A stretch of 64,000 nucleotides of DNA. Source: an uncultured Acidobacteriota bacterium (GTDB taxonomy: Bacteria > Acidobacteriota > Thermoanaerobaculia > UBA5066 > Gp7-AA6). Location: the NCBI GenBank assembly GCA_963847075.1, contig CAWJYL010000002.1, forward strand, positions 1,608,121 to 1,672,120, read 5' to 3'. Shown here in pieces: positions 1 through 8,691 of the stretch; the stretch's first letter is position 1; every line of letters starts with the position of its first letter. Below the pieces are notes generated by a model that saw only the letters and a program-made list of their open reading frames with translations, searched no databases and was not told where the DNA came from. The translations under genes were made by a program, and so were the position numbers.

Positions 1-1
1 C

Positions 2-268
2 GTCTGCCTCAAGGAGCGCAGACCGCTTCTGCTCGCCTTTCGCGAATCGCCCTATTCGCTCGTGCACATCGAGAACATGCGCCGGGCGACCCTGGCCGGA
101 GCGATCGTCGCGCCGCCGCTGCCGGCCTTCTACATCGACGCGCCCTCGGTCGATCGGTTTCTCGATGCGTACTGCGTCCGCGCGGCGCGCGTGCTCGGGC
201 TCTCGCCCCGCGGCGAGCAATTCCAATGGACCGGTGGCACCGGCCCCTCCCGACGCCGCCGGCGGTGA
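2..268 (+). CDS. ubiX: flavin prenyltransferase UbiX/Pad1 family, C-terminal part (5' end outside window)
   Basis: The frame of ORF 62..268 stays open back to nt 2. It reads VCLKERRPLLLAFRESPYSLVHIENMRRATLAGAIVAPPLPAFY, the conserved C-terminal half of UbiX-type enzymes. Stop TGA 266-268. Confidence 0.8.
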   Translation, partial: VCLKERRPLLLAFRESPYSLVHIENMRRATLAGAIVAPPLPAFYIDAPSVDRFLDAYCVRAARVLGLSPRGEQFQWTGGTGPSRRRRR

Positions 269-1137
269 GCACACGGCCGGGCCTCGTCGCCCCGTTGCGC
301 GTGACGCTCGAGATGATCAAGTTCTCGCACACGCTCTTCGCTCTGCCCTTTGCCCTGCTGGCCGCGTTTCTCGCGGCGCGGGGCTGGCCGGACCCGGGCA
401 CGCTCGTGAAGATCGTCCTCGCCATGATCGGCGCGCGGAGCGCTGCCATGGCGCACAACCGGCTGGCGGACCGCCGGATCGACGCCGCCAATCCCCGCAC
501 CGCAGGGCGCGCGCTGCCCTCCGGCGCCCTCTCGGTCGGATTCGTGCGCGCGTTCCTCGTGGCCTCGGCGACGCTCTTCGTCGTTTCGGCGGCGAGCCTC
601 AATCGGCTGACGCTTCTGCTCTCGCCGGTCGCCCTCGCGCTCCTTCTCGTCTACGCCTACACCAAGCGCTTCACGGCTCTCTCGCACTTCGTGCTGGGTC
701 TCTGCCTCGCCCTCGCGCCCGTCGGCGCGTGGATCGCGGTCCGCGGCTCGCTCGAGATCCTGCCCGTCCTTCTCGGTCTCGCTGTCCTCCTGTGGACGGC
801 CGGATTCGACGTCATCTACTCACTCCAGGACGAGAGCTTCGACCGCAGCGCGGGCCTCGAGTCGATTCCCGCCCGCTTCGGAACGCAAAGCGCTCTGGCA
901 ATCTCCGCGGCGCTGCATTTCGCGATGGCGGGCCTGCTCGTCGCCGTCTGGCGCCTTGCCGGCGGCGGCTGGATCTTCGGCGCCGGCATCGCAGCCACGG
1001 TGGCGGCGCTCGTCTACCAGCACGCGATCGTGCGCCCGGGCGATCTGTCGCGCGTCAACGCCGCGTTCTTTACGGCAAACGGGTTCGTTTCCGTCACGCT
1101 CGCCCTTTGCGGCATCGCCGACGTGCTGACCCGATGA
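265..1137 (+). CDS. UbiA-family aromatic prenyltransferase (4-hydroxybenzoate polyprenyltransferase-like)
   Basis: ORF 226..1137 is multi-TM with UbiA-type motifs (NRLADRRIDAANPRT, DVIYSLQDESFD). GTG 265 overlaps the ubiX stop as GTGA, suggesting translational coupling. ATG 226 is the alternative start. Confidence 0.85.
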   Translation: MSTRPGLVAPLRVTLEMIKFSHTLFALPFALLAAFLAARGWPDPGTLVKIVLAMIGARSAAMAHNRLADRRIDAANPRTAGRALPSGALSVGFVRAFLVASATLFVVSAASLNRLTLLLSPVALALLLVYAYTKRFTALSHFVLGLCLALAPVGAWIAVRGSLEILPVLLGLAVLLWTAGFDVIYSLQDESFDRSAGLESIPARFGTQSALAISAALHFAMAGLLVAVWRLAGGGWIFGAGIAATVAALVYQHAIVRPGDLSRVNAAFFTANGFVSVTLALCGIADVLTR

Positions 1138-1166
1138 GGCCGGGTTCACGCCGAGCAGAAGCGACC

Positions 1167-1970
1167 ATGTCGACTCGAAGATCGATCGTTGCGGGCGCCT
1201 TCGCAGCGGCCCTCGGATGCGGACTGGCCGTCGGCCTCGAGGGCCGCGAAGCAACGCAGATCACCGGCGTCGTCACCTACCATGAGCGGGTCGCGTTGCC
1301 CCCGGATGCGACGATCCAGGTCCGCCTCGAAGACGCGTCCCGGCCGGAAATGCCGGGAAAGCGCGTCGCGGAAATCACCGTCGCCGCAGAGGGCCGGCAG
1401 GTGCCGATTCCCTTCGTGCTGCCCTACCGCGCCGCCGATGTCGCTCCGAACAAGACCTATCTCGTCCGCGCGACCGTCACGGCCGGCGGCAGAACCCTCT
1501 TCGCGTCGCGGACCGGTTATCCGGTCATCACCCACGGCGCGCCGACACGAATCGAGATCCTCGTCCAGCAGACGGGCGGAGACCCGAAGCCGCGCGCAAC
1601 GCCCGCGACCGTGACTCTGGAGGGGACGTACTGGAGCCTGATCGAGCTCGCCGGCAGGCCGAGCGCCGCGGCCGCCCGCGCGCACATCGAGTTCGACACC
1701 CAGAAAGGATCCGTCCAGGCATCGACCGGGTGCAACAGCGTCGGGGGCAAGTACGAGAAGATCGGAAGCGGCCTGCGGCTGATGCCCGGGCCGATGACCA
1801 TGATGGCCTGCGCGGACGAGCTGATGGAGCAGGAGACCGCCTTCCTCGAGGCGATGCGCGCGACCACCGCCTATCGGATCACGGGCCGCCGTCTCGCACT
1901 TCTCGACGGCGAGCGCGTCCTTGCGCAATTCGAAGCATCCCGCCCCGCCGACGCGCCGCAGGAGCATTAG
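1167..1970 (+). CDS. lipoprotein with YbaY-like N-terminal region and META/HslJ-like C-terminal domain
   Basis: In-frame ATG 1167 lies inside shadow ORF 165..1970. Signal peptide MSTRRSIVAGAFAAALGC with a lipobox-like cysteine. The C-terminal half reads TYWSLIEL...GCNSVGGKYE...MTMMACADELMEQE, typical of META domains. Confidence 0.7.
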   Translation: MSTRRSIVAGAFAAALGCGLAVGLEGREATQITGVVTYHERVALPPDATIQVRLEDASRPEMPGKRVAEITVAAEGRQVPIPFVLPYRAADVAPNKTYLVRATVTAGGRTLFASRTGYPVITHGAPTRIEILVQQTGGDPKPRATPATVTLEGTYWSLIELAGRPSAAAARAHIEFDTQKGSVQASTGCNSVGGKYEKIGSGLRLMPGPMTMMACADELMEQETAFLEAMRATTAYRITGRRLALLDGERVLAQFEASRPADAPQEH

Positions 1971-1985
1971 AATCCGTCTCCAGCG

Positions 1986-2639
1986 ATGCCAATTCCAACC
2001 GAAGGGGACATCCGGCTCCGCCACCTTGCGATCGACGGCCCGATCGGGGTCGGCAAGACGTCGCTCGTCGAGCTCCTGTCCCGCAAGTTTCACGGCACCA
2101 AGATCCTCGAGGACGTCGACAATCCGTTCCTGCCCGACTTTTACAAGAAGAAGAAGGGCGCCGCGTTCCAGACGCAGCTCTTCTTTCTCCTCGCGCGGTA
2201 CCAGCAGCAGCAGGAGATTGCGCAGATCGATCTCTTCTCGACGCTCGTCGTCGCCGACTACCATTTCCCGAAGGACAAGATCTTCGCCTGCCTGAACCTC
2301 GACGACTCGGAGCTCCTGATTTACGACAAGCTCTACACGCTTCTGTCCGAATCGGTCCGCAAGCCCGATCTCGTCATCTACCTGCAGGGCTCGCTCGAGA
2401 CTTGCATGAAGCGGATCAAGAAGAAGGCCCGCGCGCTCGAGAAGTCGGTGACGCCGGAGTACCTGGCGCAGATGATCGAGGCCTACAACTATTACTTCTA
2501 CCACTACGACGAGACGCCGCTGCTCGTCGTGGACACCAACGAGATCGACTTCGTCAACCGCCCCGCCGACTTCGACGACCTGGTTGCCCAGATCCAGAAG
2601 GTGAAGAAGGGCGTCCAGTACTACGTCGCTCGCGCGTAG
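1986..2639 (+). CDS. deoxynucleoside kinase (dAK/dGK/dCK family)
   Basis: 217-aa ORF with P-loop IDGPIGVGKTS, then FLPDFY and the ARYQQ...ADYHFPKD layout typical of the dNK family. Confidence 0.85.
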   Translation: MPIPTEGDIRLRHLAIDGPIGVGKTSLVELLSRKFHGTKILEDVDNPFLPDFYKKKKGAAFQTQLFFLLARYQQQQEIAQIDLFSTLVVADYHFPKDKIFACLNLDDSELLIYDKLYTLLSESVRKPDLVIYLQGSLETCMKRIKKKARALEKSVTPEYLAQMIEAYNYYFYHYDETPLLVVDTNEIDFVNRPADFDDLVAQIQKVKKGVQYYVARA

Positions 2640-2990
2640 CTCGGGATCTGCGCCTTCGGCGCACCGGGCCGCGGCTCGCCCAAAGGGGCTCGACCGCGGC
2701 CCTGATCCCGAGCTACGCACTCGCTCCCGCGGCGCGCGCCTCCTCCCTCGGTTACTTCGGGAGACTGCGCGCGCCGCGAGCAACTATGCCCCGTAAGGCT
2801 TCAAACGAGCAGCTCGGCGACTGCCACTCGCGGCGCGAATAGTCTCCCGACCGGAGGGAGGGAGGAGGTTCGCGCCGCGGGAGCCGAAGCGCAGCGAGCA
2901 ATCAGGCGTTCGGTCGAGCCCGCACCCGGGCGAGCCGAACGCCGGTGCGCCCCGCAGGGGCGCAGATTGCTCGCTAAGCGGAGGCGACGG
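2636..2990. repeat. block of nested inverted repeats (REP-like structured intergenic region)
   Basis: GTAGCTCGGGATC (2636-2648) pairs with GATCCCGAGCTAC (2704-2716), enclosing two inner hairpins (TGCGCC/GGCGCA and GGGCCGCGG/CCGCGGCCC). A second long-range pair is CTCCCGCGGCGCGCGCCTCCTCCCTC (~2725-2750) with GAGGGAGGAGG..CGCGCCGCGGGAG (~2857-2884). A third is AGCGAGCAATC/GATTGCTCGCT around a GGCGTTCGG...CCGAACGCC hairpin (~2895-2985). Confidence 0.5.
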
Positions 2991-3055
2991 TATATGATTC
3001 GCAGGTCGCCCTTTGCGGCGGCGATCCCGGGTGTTCCGGGACGTCGACCGAAAGG

Positions 3056-3916
3056 ATGAGGAGCGAGACGATGAACGGCCTTCCCGAAGACGATCCCCTT
3101 TCCATCCCGAAGCTCGTGGCCTCCAAGGGGCGGGAGCGCATCTCGATGCTCACGGCCTACGACGCGCCGACGGCGGCGCTGCTCGACGCGGCGGGCGTGG
3201 ACGTGATCCTCATCGGAGATTCGCTCGAGATGGCGGTCTACGGCCAGCCGAACACGCTGACGGCGACGATGGACACGATGGTCCGGCACACGCGCGCCGT
3301 CTCGCGGGAGGTCAAGCGCGCGGTCGTCGTGGGAGACATGCCGTTTCTCTCCTATCAGGCCGAGCCCGCGCGCGCCGTCGAGAACGCCGGCCGATTCCTG
3401 GCCGAAGGCGGCGCGGCGGCAGTCAAGGTCGAGGGCGGGCGCCGGATCCTGCCGGCCGTCGAGGCGATCCTCGCCGCGGACATCCCTGTCATGGGGCACG
3501 TCGGGCTGACGCCACAGTCGTATCGCAAGTTCGGCGGGTTCAAGGTTCAGGGTCGGGAGGCCGAGTCCGCGCGGCAGATCCGCGACGATGCGCAGGCACT
3601 GGCGCAGGCAGGTTGCTTCGCGATCGTTCTCGAGTGCGTCCCCGATTCCCTGGCGGCGGAGATCACCCGGGAGATCGCCATTCCAACGATCGGCATCGGC
3701 GCGGGCCCGGCCTGCGACGGCCAGGTCCTCGTCTTCCACGACCTCGTGGGGCTAACGCGGAACCTGCGGCCGAAATTCGTCCGCCGTTACGCGGACCTCG
3801 CGCCCTTGATCGAAGAGGCCGCCCGCGCATTCACGCGCGACGTCAAGAGCGGCGAGTTCCCGTCGAAGGAAGAGTCCTTCTCGGGCGCGAAGCCGACCTT
3901 GCGGAGAGTGCACTGA
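3056..3916 (+). CDS. panB: 3-methyl-2-oxobutanoate hydroxymethyltransferase
   Basis: 286-aa ORF reading ISMLTAYDAPTAALLDAAGVDVILIGDSLEMAVYGQPNTLTATMDTMVRHTRAV...VVGDMPFLSYQ, canonical PanB. ATG 3071 is an alternative start. Confidence 0.9.
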   Translation: MRSETMNGLPEDDPLSIPKLVASKGRERISMLTAYDAPTAALLDAAGVDVILIGDSLEMAVYGQPNTLTATMDTMVRHTRAVSREVKRAVVVGDMPFLSYQAEPARAVENAGRFLAEGGAAAVKVEGGRRILPAVEAILAADIPVMGHVGLTPQSYRKFGGFKVQGREAESARQIRDDAQALAQAGCFAIVLECVPDSLAAEITREIAIPTIGIGAGPACDGQVLVFHDLVGLTRNLRPKFVRRYADLAPLIEEAARAFTRDVKSGEFPSKEESFSGAKPTLRRVH

Positions 3917-3984
3917 CAATTTGAAGGTTGACGATCGAGGAGCTCTCCAATCACAAATCACAATTTACAAATCACGACTCCCCC

Positions 3985-4839
3985 ATGATTACCGTCCGCG
4001 ACGTTCCGACACTGCGACAGGCCATCGGCAGAGCCCGAACCGCGGGGCGCCCCGTCGCCTTCCTCCCCACGATGGGGGCGCTCCACGAAGGCCATCTCTC
4101 CCTCGTGCGCCTCGCGCGGCAGCAGGGCGGCCTGACCGTCGTCTCGATCTTCGTCAACCCGCTGCAATTCGCACCGAACGAAGACTTCACGAGCTACCCC
4201 CGCCGCGAGGAGGAGGACGCACGCATTCTGGAGCGCGAGAGTGTCGACGTCCTGTACCTTCCGACCGTTGCGAGCCTCTACCCGCCGGATTTCTCCACGG
4301 CCGTCGAGGTCGGTGATGTCTCCTCGGGCGGCGAGGGCTCAGCTCGTCCCGGACACTTCCGCGGGGTGGCCACGGTTGTCGCGAAGCTCTTCCTCCGCGT
4401 CCTCCCGGATGTCGCCGTCTTCGGACGCAAGGACCTGCAGCAGGTCGCCGTCGTGCGCCGGATGATCCGCGACCTCGACCTCCCGATCCGCCTCGCCGTC
4501 GGAGACATCGTCCGAGAGGGGGACGGCCTCGCGATGTCCTCGCGCAACGCCTACCTCTCGCCCGAAGAGCGCCTGCGCGCGGCCGATCTATCGCGCAGCC
4601 TCTTCGCCGCGCGAAGCCGCGCCGCCTACGGCGCCACCGACGCCCGGCGACTCGAGGAGGACGTGACCAGACAACTCGAGGCGTCCCGTTTCGGGATCGA
4701 CTACGTGGAGACGGTTCACGCCGAGACGATGCGCCGCGTCGAGCAGGTCGCTCCGGGGACGGCGCTTGCCGCCGCCGTGCGGCTCGGGAAGACCCGCCTG
4801 ATCGACAATGTTTTCCTCATCGATCCGCCAGAGGCATAG
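3985..4839 (+). CDS. panC: pantoate--beta-alanine ligase
   Basis: Reads FLPTMGALHEGHLSLVRLAR...VSIFVNPLQFAPNEDFTSYPR...GHFRGVATVV, which is PanC. ATG 3985 gives a typical 284 aa. The ORF track starts at 3928. Confidence 0.9.
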   Translation: MITVRDVPTLRQAIGRARTAGRPVAFLPTMGALHEGHLSLVRLARQQGGLTVVSIFVNPLQFAPNEDFTSYPRREEEDARILERESVDVLYLPTVASLYPPDFSTAVEVGDVSSGGEGSARPGHFRGVATVVAKLFLRVLPDVAVFGRKDLQQVAVVRRMIRDLDLPIRLAVGDIVREGDGLAMSSRNAYLSPEERLRAADLSRSLFAARSRAAYGATDARRLEEDVTRQLEASRFGIDYVETVHAETMRRVEQVAPGTALAAAVRLGKTRLIDNVFLIDPPEA

Positions 4840-4848
4840 GATTTCGTC

Positions 4849-5670
4849 ATGGCCACCACTCCGACTCTCGACCCTCCCCGCGTAACGGGTTCCGCCGCCG
4901 CGGACCCCTTCGTCTTCGGCGGGCGGACGTTCCAGTCGCGCCTGATCGTCGGCACCGGCAAATACGCAAGTTTCCCGCTCATGAAACACGCGCTGGAAGA
5001 GTCGCAAGCCGAGATCGTCACGGTGGCGGTGCGGCGCGTGAACCTGACGGATCGCTCAAAAGAGTCGCTGCTCGATTTCATCCCGCGCGGCATGACGCTC
5101 CTGCCGAATACGGCCGGCTGCTACAACGCGGAGGACGCGGTGCGCGCGGCGCGCCTTGGCCGCGAAGTGGGTCTCTCCAACTGGGTGAAGCTCGAAGTTC
5201 TCGGCGACGAACAGACTCTCTGGCCGGACAACGAGGCGCTGCTCGCGGCGACGAAGACGCTCGTCAAAGACGGTTTCGTGGTCTTTCCCTACACCTCGGA
5301 CGATCCCATCGTGTGCCGCAGGCTCGAGGACGCGGGCGCAGCCGCGGTCATGCCCCTCGGCGCGCCGATCGGCTCGGGCCTCGGCATCCAGAACCAAAAC
5401 GCCATTGCGATCATCCTCGAGCGCGCGAAAGTTCCCGTGATCGTGGATGCGGGCGTGGGCACGGCTTCGGACGCGTGCGTGGCAATGGAGCTCGGCGCAG
5501 CCGGCGTCCTCATGAACACCGGGATCGCCGGCGCGAGGGATCCCGTGAAGATGGCCCGCGCCATGCGCGACGCGGTGCGCGCGGGACGCGACGCGCACCT
5601 GGCCGGCCGCATCCCCAGGAAGCGCTACGCCACGGCTTCTTCCCCGGTCCATGGCGTCATCGGCAGCTAG
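4849..5670 (+). CDS. thiG: thiazole synthase
   Basis: 273-aa ORF reading [10 protein letters not shown]...TVAVRRVN...[23 protein letters not shown]...VKLEVLGD...[14 protein letters not shown], canonical ThiG. Confidence 0.9.
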   Translation: MATTPTLDPPRVTGSAAADPFVFGGRTFQSRLIVGTGKYASFPLMKHALEESQAEIVTVAVRRVNLTDRSKESLLDFIPRGMTLLPNTAGCYNAEDAVRAARLGREVGLSNWVKLEVLGDEQTLWPDNEALLAATKTLVKDGFVVFPYTSDDPIVCRRLEDAGAAAVMPLGAPIGSGLGIQNQNAIAIILERAKVPVIVDAGVGTASDACVAMELGAAGVLMNTGIAGARDPVKMARAMRDAVRAGRDAHLAGRIPRKRYATASSPVHGVIGS

Positions 5671-6040
5671 CTAAATAACTCCGCCAAAAGGCCTTGTTCC
5701 GATCACCGGCCTGAAGGACAGGCCCCGGGACGGCCGAACAGGGCCGCCCCTTCACATTCTTCTTGCAACCCTTACAACCCCCGTGCTACTTTCCGCCAGC
5801 TTTTACGAAAACCCCGCACATCCCTAACTGCCACCTTCTTATGTTTTTCCTTCCCCCATCCGTACGCCCCCGCGGGGAGGCGTTCGCGCATTCGAAAGGG
5901 GGTCGGTCCTAGAGCGAGAGCGTTGACCCGGCGTGCAACGCCGGGGTTTCCAAGAGTTGTGCATTCGTTTCGCCATATTTTTTGCCGGAGCGGACAACCG
6001 CCCGGCCCAGGGGATTAAACCCAGGAGATCTGTAAATTCC

Positions 6041-6340
6041 ATGATGCAGCAATACACGGACAAGAATCTCAATTGCGTCGACTGCGGCGGCACGTTCCTT
6101 TTCTCGGCCGACGATCAGGAGTTCTACGCCCGCAAGGGTTTCACCAACGAGCCCAAGAGGTGCAAGCCCTGCCGCGACAAGCGCAAGACGTCCTCGGGAG
6201 AGGGCCGCGAGCGCACCTTCTACGACGTCACCTGCGACGGCTGCGGCAAGCAGACGCAGGTTCCGTTCAACCCGACCAACGGCAAGCCGGTTTACTGCCG
6301 CGAGTGCTACTCGGCACGCCGCGCCCAGCAGTCCTACTGA
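6041..6340 (+). CDS. small zinc-ribbon protein (two CxxC...CxxC units)
   Basis: ATG 6041 is preceded by AGGAG (6023-6027). 99 aa with CVDCGGTF...CKPCRDKR and CDGCGKQTQVPF...VYCRECY. The upstream part of ORF 5933..6340 is not supported. Confidence 0.75.
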   Translation: MMQQYTDKNLNCVDCGGTFLFSADDQEFYARKGFTNEPKRCKPCRDKRKTSSGEGRERTFYDVTCDGCGKQTQVPFNPTNGKPVYCRECYSARRAQQSY

Positions 6341-6364
6341 GCCATCCGGTCCCGAGTCTCTCGT

Positions 6365-6392
6365 GCCCCGGCGTCCGCCGGGGCTTTTTTTT
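6365..6392 (+). terminator. intrinsic terminator after the zinc-ribbon gene
   Basis: GCCCCGGCG-TC-CGCCGGGGC followed by T8. Confidence 0.7.
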
Positions 6393-6419
6393 GTTATCGT
6401 CGAAAAGCGTGTCAGCGAA

Positions 6420-6600
6420 CTCTGTCATCCCGAGCGGCAGGCCATCCCCGGCGCATCGTCGTCCCGAGGAGCCCTTCGACTGCGCTCAGGGCAGGCTCCG
6501 CAACGAGGGATCCCTTTGAAGCCGCACCGTGACTCGAAAGGGATCCCTCGGGCTCACGCCCTCGGGATGACAGAGGACCGAGCAGCCCTTGGGATGACAG
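6420..6600. repeat. dispersed REP-like element related to the 9.6-10.5 kb array
   Basis: GTCATCCCGAGCG (6423-6435) faces CTCGGGATGACAG (6561-6573) and CTTGGGATGACAG (6588-6600). A perfect 13-bp inverted repeat GAGGGATCCCTTT...AAAGGGATCCCTC lies inside at ~6503-6549. Confidence 0.6.
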
Positions 6601-7538
6601 ATGAGACGGCCCCGGCCGCCGGCAATCTTCTCGACGCAATCGGCCGAACCCCGCTCCTCGAGCTCAAGCGCTTCGCCCGCGGCGCAGCGCGCGTCTTCGC
6701 GAAGCTCGAGTGGTTCAATCCGGGCGGAAGCGTCAAGGATCGGATCGCGCGCGCCATGATCGACGACGCCGAGGCCCGCGGTCTTCTCGCGGCCGGAGGC
6801 ACGATCGTCGAGGCGACTTCTGGCAATACGGGCGTGGCACTCGCGATGGTTGCCGTTGTCCGAGGATACAAATGCATCATCGTCATGCCGGAGGGCTACG
6901 GCCACGTGAAGGCAAGGCTCATGCGCGCGCTCGGAGCCGAGGTCATACGCACCGCCACCGACGCGATGATGTCGGGCGCCGTGGAGCGCGCGCAACAGAT
7001 CGCGCTTGAGACCCCCGGCGCCTACCTGCCCAACCAGTTTCACAATCCCGTCAACCCACGCGCACATTACGAAACGACCGGGCCCGAGATCGCCGAACAG
7101 CTCGGCGGGCCGATCGACGCATGGGTCGCCGGCGTGGGAACGACCGGAACGTTCACGGGTGTGGCGCGATACTTGTCCGAGTCGAACCCGCGTCTCCTGC
7201 GTGTCGCGGTCGAGCCGCAGGGCTCGATTCTGGGCGGCGGCGTTCCGGGCCCCCACGAGGTCGAGGGCATCGGCCTGTCGCAGATCTGGCCGATCCTCGA
7301 CCGTGCGCTCATCGACGAGGTCATCGAGATCCGCGACAAGGAGACCTTCGAGACCTGCCGCGTGCTGGCGCGCGAAGAGGGACTCGCCGTCGGCGGATCC
7401 TCGGGAGCGGCCGCGGCCGCCGCGCTGCGCGTCGCCGAACGGCTCGGACCCGGCAAGACCGTCGTCACGCTCTTCCCGGACGGCGCCGAGCGCTATCCGG
7501 ACCAGGGGATCTTCGCGGCCTCGCGGCCGAAAGGATGA
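6594..7538 (+). CDS. cysteine synthase / cystathionine beta-synthase family PLP enzyme
   Basis: Reads TPLLELKR...KLEWFNPGGSVKDRIA...TIVEATSGNTGVALA...GVGTTGTFTGV...GGSSGAA, the CysK/CysM/CBS fold. ATG 6594 gives 314 aa; ATG 6567 is an alternative. Both ATGs lie inside GGGATGACAG repeat arms. Confidence 0.85.
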   Translation: MTDETAPAAGNLLDAIGRTPLLELKRFARGAARVFAKLEWFNPGGSVKDRIARAMIDDAEARGLLAAGGTIVEATSGNTGVALAMVAVVRGYKCIIVMPEGYGHVKARLMRALGAEVIRTATDAMMSGAVERAQQIALETPGAYLPNQFHNPVNPRAHYETTGPEIAEQLGGPIDAWVAGVGTTGTFTGVARYLSESNPRLLRVAVEPQGSILGGGVPGPHEVEGIGLSQIWPILDRALIDEVIEIRDKETFETCRVLAREEGLAVGGSSGAAAAAALRVAERLGPGKTVVTLFPDGAERYPDQGIFAASRPKG

Positions 7539-8683
7539 ACATGGGCTTTTCGACGGACTGCATCCACGCGGGCAACGCCCCCGACCCGACGACCGGCTCG
7601 GTCGCCGTCCCGATCTATCAGACCTCCACCTACGTCCAGGAGGCGCTCGGCAAGCACAAGGGCTACGAGTACGCCCGCACGCAGAACCCGACGCGCGCAG
7701 CGCTCGAGGAGAATCTCGCCGTCCTCGAGGGCGGCGCCGGCGCGCGAGCCTTCGCGTCGGGGATGGCGGCGATCACCGCCATCTCCACGCTGACGAAGGC
7801 CGGCGACCACGTCGTCTGCTCCAACATGACGTACGGCGGCACGTACCGTTACTTCACGAAGATCCTCGCGCGCTACGGCGTCACCTTCTCCTTCGTCGAC
7901 ACGGCATCGGTCGCGGACGTCGAGCGCGCGATCCGTCCCGAGACGCGGATGCTGCACCTCGAGACGCCGACCAATCCGACGATGCAGCTCTGCGACATCG
8001 CCGCGCTCTCCGAGCTCGCCCACCGCAACGGCGCCGTCGTCGTCGTGGACAACACGTTCGCCTCGCCGTACCTGCAGAGGCCACTCGCGCTGGGCGCCGA
8101 CATCGTCATGCACTCGACGACGAAGTTCCTCGGCGGCCACTCCGACACCGTCGGCGGCGCCGCGATCGCGAAGTCGAAGGAGCACGTCGAGTGGCTGTCG
8201 TTCGTGCAGAACAGCTCGGGAGCGATCCTCTCGCCCATGGACTCGTGGCTCGTCCTGCGCGGCATCAAGACGCTGGCCGTCCGCATGGAGCGGCACGAGC
8301 AGAACGGGCGGGCCGTGGCCGAGCGGCTCGCCGGGCACCCGAAGGTGCGCAAGGTGAACTATCCCGGCCTCCCCTCCCATCCCCAGCACGCCCTCGCGAA
8401 GAAACAGATGTCCGGCTTCGGCGCGATGATCTCGTTCGAGCTCGGCTCCTTCGCGAATGCCTCGGCCTTCCTCGCGAAGGTGCGGCTGTGCTCGCTCGCC
8501 GAGAGCCTCGGAGGCGTCGAGACGCTCATCTCGCACCCGGCCACAATGACGCACGCCTCGATCCCCGAGGAAGAGCGCAATCGTCTCGGTGTCACGGAGG
8601 GCCTCGTGCGCATCTCCGTCGGGATCGAGGACGTCGCCGACATCATCGCGGACCTCGAGCGGGCGCTGGAGGCGGTGCGGTAG
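7535..8683 (+). CDS. cystathionine gamma-lyase/gamma-synthase family PLP enzyme
   Basis: In-frame ATG 7535 overlaps the upstream stop as ATGA. Reads TDCIHAG...VPIYQTSTY...YARTQNPTR...MHSTTKFLGGHSD...ESLGGVETLISHPATMTHASIP, the Cys/Met-metabolism PLP family. Confidence 0.85.
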   Translation: MNMGFSTDCIHAGNAPDPTTGSVAVPIYQTSTYVQEALGKHKGYEYARTQNPTRAALEENLAVLEGGAGARAFASGMAAITAISTLTKAGDHVVCSNMTYGGTYRYFTKILARYGVTFSFVDTASVADVERAIRPETRMLHLETPTNPTMQLCDIAALSELAHRNGAVVVVDNTFASPYLQRPLALGADIVMHSTTKFLGGHSDTVGGAAIAKSKEHVEWLSFVQNSSGAILSPMDSWLVLRGIKTLAVRMERHEQNGRAVAERLAGHPKVRKVNYPGLPSHPQHALAKKQMSGFGAMISFELGSFANASAFLAKVRLCSLAESLGGVETLISHPATMTHASIPEEERNRLGVTEGLVRISVGIEDVADIIADLERALEAVR

Positions 8684-8691
8684 TCCGGAAT

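Noticed and set aside
1146-2783. 545-aa minus-strand ORF
   Set aside because: It is antisense to the META-domain lipoprotein and the deoxynucleoside kinase genes, both of which have clear family signatures. Its composition is a typical GC-rich shadow frame.
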